Shown piece after piece: positions 31,508 through 32,000 of a stretch of DNA of 32,000 bases. The notes beneath the pieces were generated by a model. It had not been told where the DNA came from. It did no database searches and was given only the letters and a program-made list of their open reading frames with translations. Origin of the DNA: Cryptosporangium sp. NPDC051539 (GTDB taxonomy: Bacteria; Actinomycetota; Actinomycetes; Mycobacteriales; Cryptosporangiaceae); assembly GCF_044454545.1 (NCBI RefSeq), contig NZ_JBITDV010000002.1, positions 723,140 through 755,139 on the forward strand, in the 5' to 3' direction. The translations under genes and the position numbers were made by a program. The stretch's first letter is position 1. Each line of letters begins with the position of its first letter.

Positions 31508-32000
31508 TCAGCGCCGCAACTCGCCACGCAGAACACTGGTAGCCGAGTGCGCGGGATCGCCGTCGAAGGCCTCGGCCGAGACGTCGATCCCGCGCCACCC
31601 GGCCGGATCCAGCCCGGCCGGCACCGGGAAGCGGGCCACCTCACCCGGACGGACCGTGCCCATCGCCTGCATCCGGGTCGTGCCCGGCACGAACATCCAG
31701 GCCTCGTAGTATCCGTTGGTCAGCGGCAGGTCCCGCACGTCGACCTCCAGCGCCAGCCGGCCTCCGGTGCGGACCAGCCGGGCGTCTCCCGTCCCGCCCG
31801 CGGATCCGATCGGCGCGAGGGTGGTCGAGGCCACCACGCTGCGCGTCGGTGCGTCCGGACGGCTGAGGTGCTGCCACCCGACCGTCCCGCCGATGCCCAG
31901 CGCCACGCCCAGGCCCAGTACCGCGCCGAGCGCACCCGCCGCCACGGCGACCGGCACCCGCCGTCGGGGTCCGGCCTTTTTCTCGACGCTGATCGGCGAA
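31508..32000 (-). CDS. Anti-sigma-K factor RskA-like protein, C-terminal part (gene continues past the window end)
   Basis: The frame is open to nt 32000. KKAGPRRR is followed by a single TM (VPVAVAAGALGAVLGLGVALGIGG) and an extracytoplasmic domain with the RskA-type pattern (YYEAWMF...GIDVSAEAFDGDPAHS). Its stop lies 3 nt from the fasciclin stop. Confidence 0.6.
   Translation of the reverse strand, partial: SPISVEKKAGPRRRVPVAVAAGALGAVLGLGVALGIGGTVGWQHLSRPDAPTRSVVASTTLAPIGSAGGTGDARLVRTGGRLALEVDVRDLPLTNGYYEAWMFVPGTTRMQAMGTVRPGEVARFPVPAGLDPAGWRGIDVSAEAFDGDPAHSATSVLRGELRR

Noticed and set aside
1-32000. Search for CRISPR arrays, tRNA/rRNA genes, long tandem repeats and phage-defence-type genes
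   Set aside because: No regularly spaced repeats and no tRNA- or rRNA-like conserved sequence blocks were seen. All intergenic regions are 250 nt or shorter and are accounted for by promoters or operators. No nuclease, helicase or methylase-type defence genes were recognised.

Overview
High-GC window (about 70% G+C by spot hand counts), actinomycete-like, almost fully coding. I support 30 CDSs and found no rRNA, tRNA, CRISPR array, transposase or integrase.

Layout, left to right:
1. nt 1-10813 (+): a chain of translationally coupled genes. It holds a Dpp/Opp-type peptide ABC importer (substrate-binding protein, permease, fused permease-ATPase, ATPase), a 1072-aa fusion of an S9 peptidase with an S12 beta-lactamase-fold hydrolase, an M20 metallohydrolase, a GNAT acyltransferase, and an enolase-superfamily N-succinyl/N-acylamino-acid racemase (NSAR/OSBS family). 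A PucR-type regulator follows.
2. nt 12514-16857: a complete glycopeptide-resistance cassette. vanR-vanS (+) converges on vanH-vanA-vanX (-).
3. A TetR regulator divergent from a 712-aa multidomain flavoprotein (two PNPOx-like domains, an FNR-like module and a 2Fe-2S ferredoxin).
4. A second VanRS-like two-component system divergent from an ABC-2 exporter. Its main permease carries a roughly 200-aa ConA/LamG-like extracytoplasmic insertion.
5. A GT2 glycosyltransferase with a helical-repeat tail.
6. An IclR regulator with FAH-family hydrolase, SDR and amidohydrolase-2 genes (a set like the L-fuconate/L-rhamnonate pathway), interrupted by a low-GC secreted ricin-type lectin.
7. A cytochrome P450.
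8. A fasciclin (MPT70/83-like) protein converging on a partial RskA-type anti-sigma-K gene.

The most interesting candidates are the importer-peptidase-stereoinversion operon, which may salvage D-residue or N-blocked peptides, and the TCS plus lectin-domain ABC-2 module, which may be a Bce-like antibiotic sensing and detoxification unit. I also found shared or repeated DNA motifs in four promoter regions.

All family calls come from motif recognition and remembered homologues. No searches were run.
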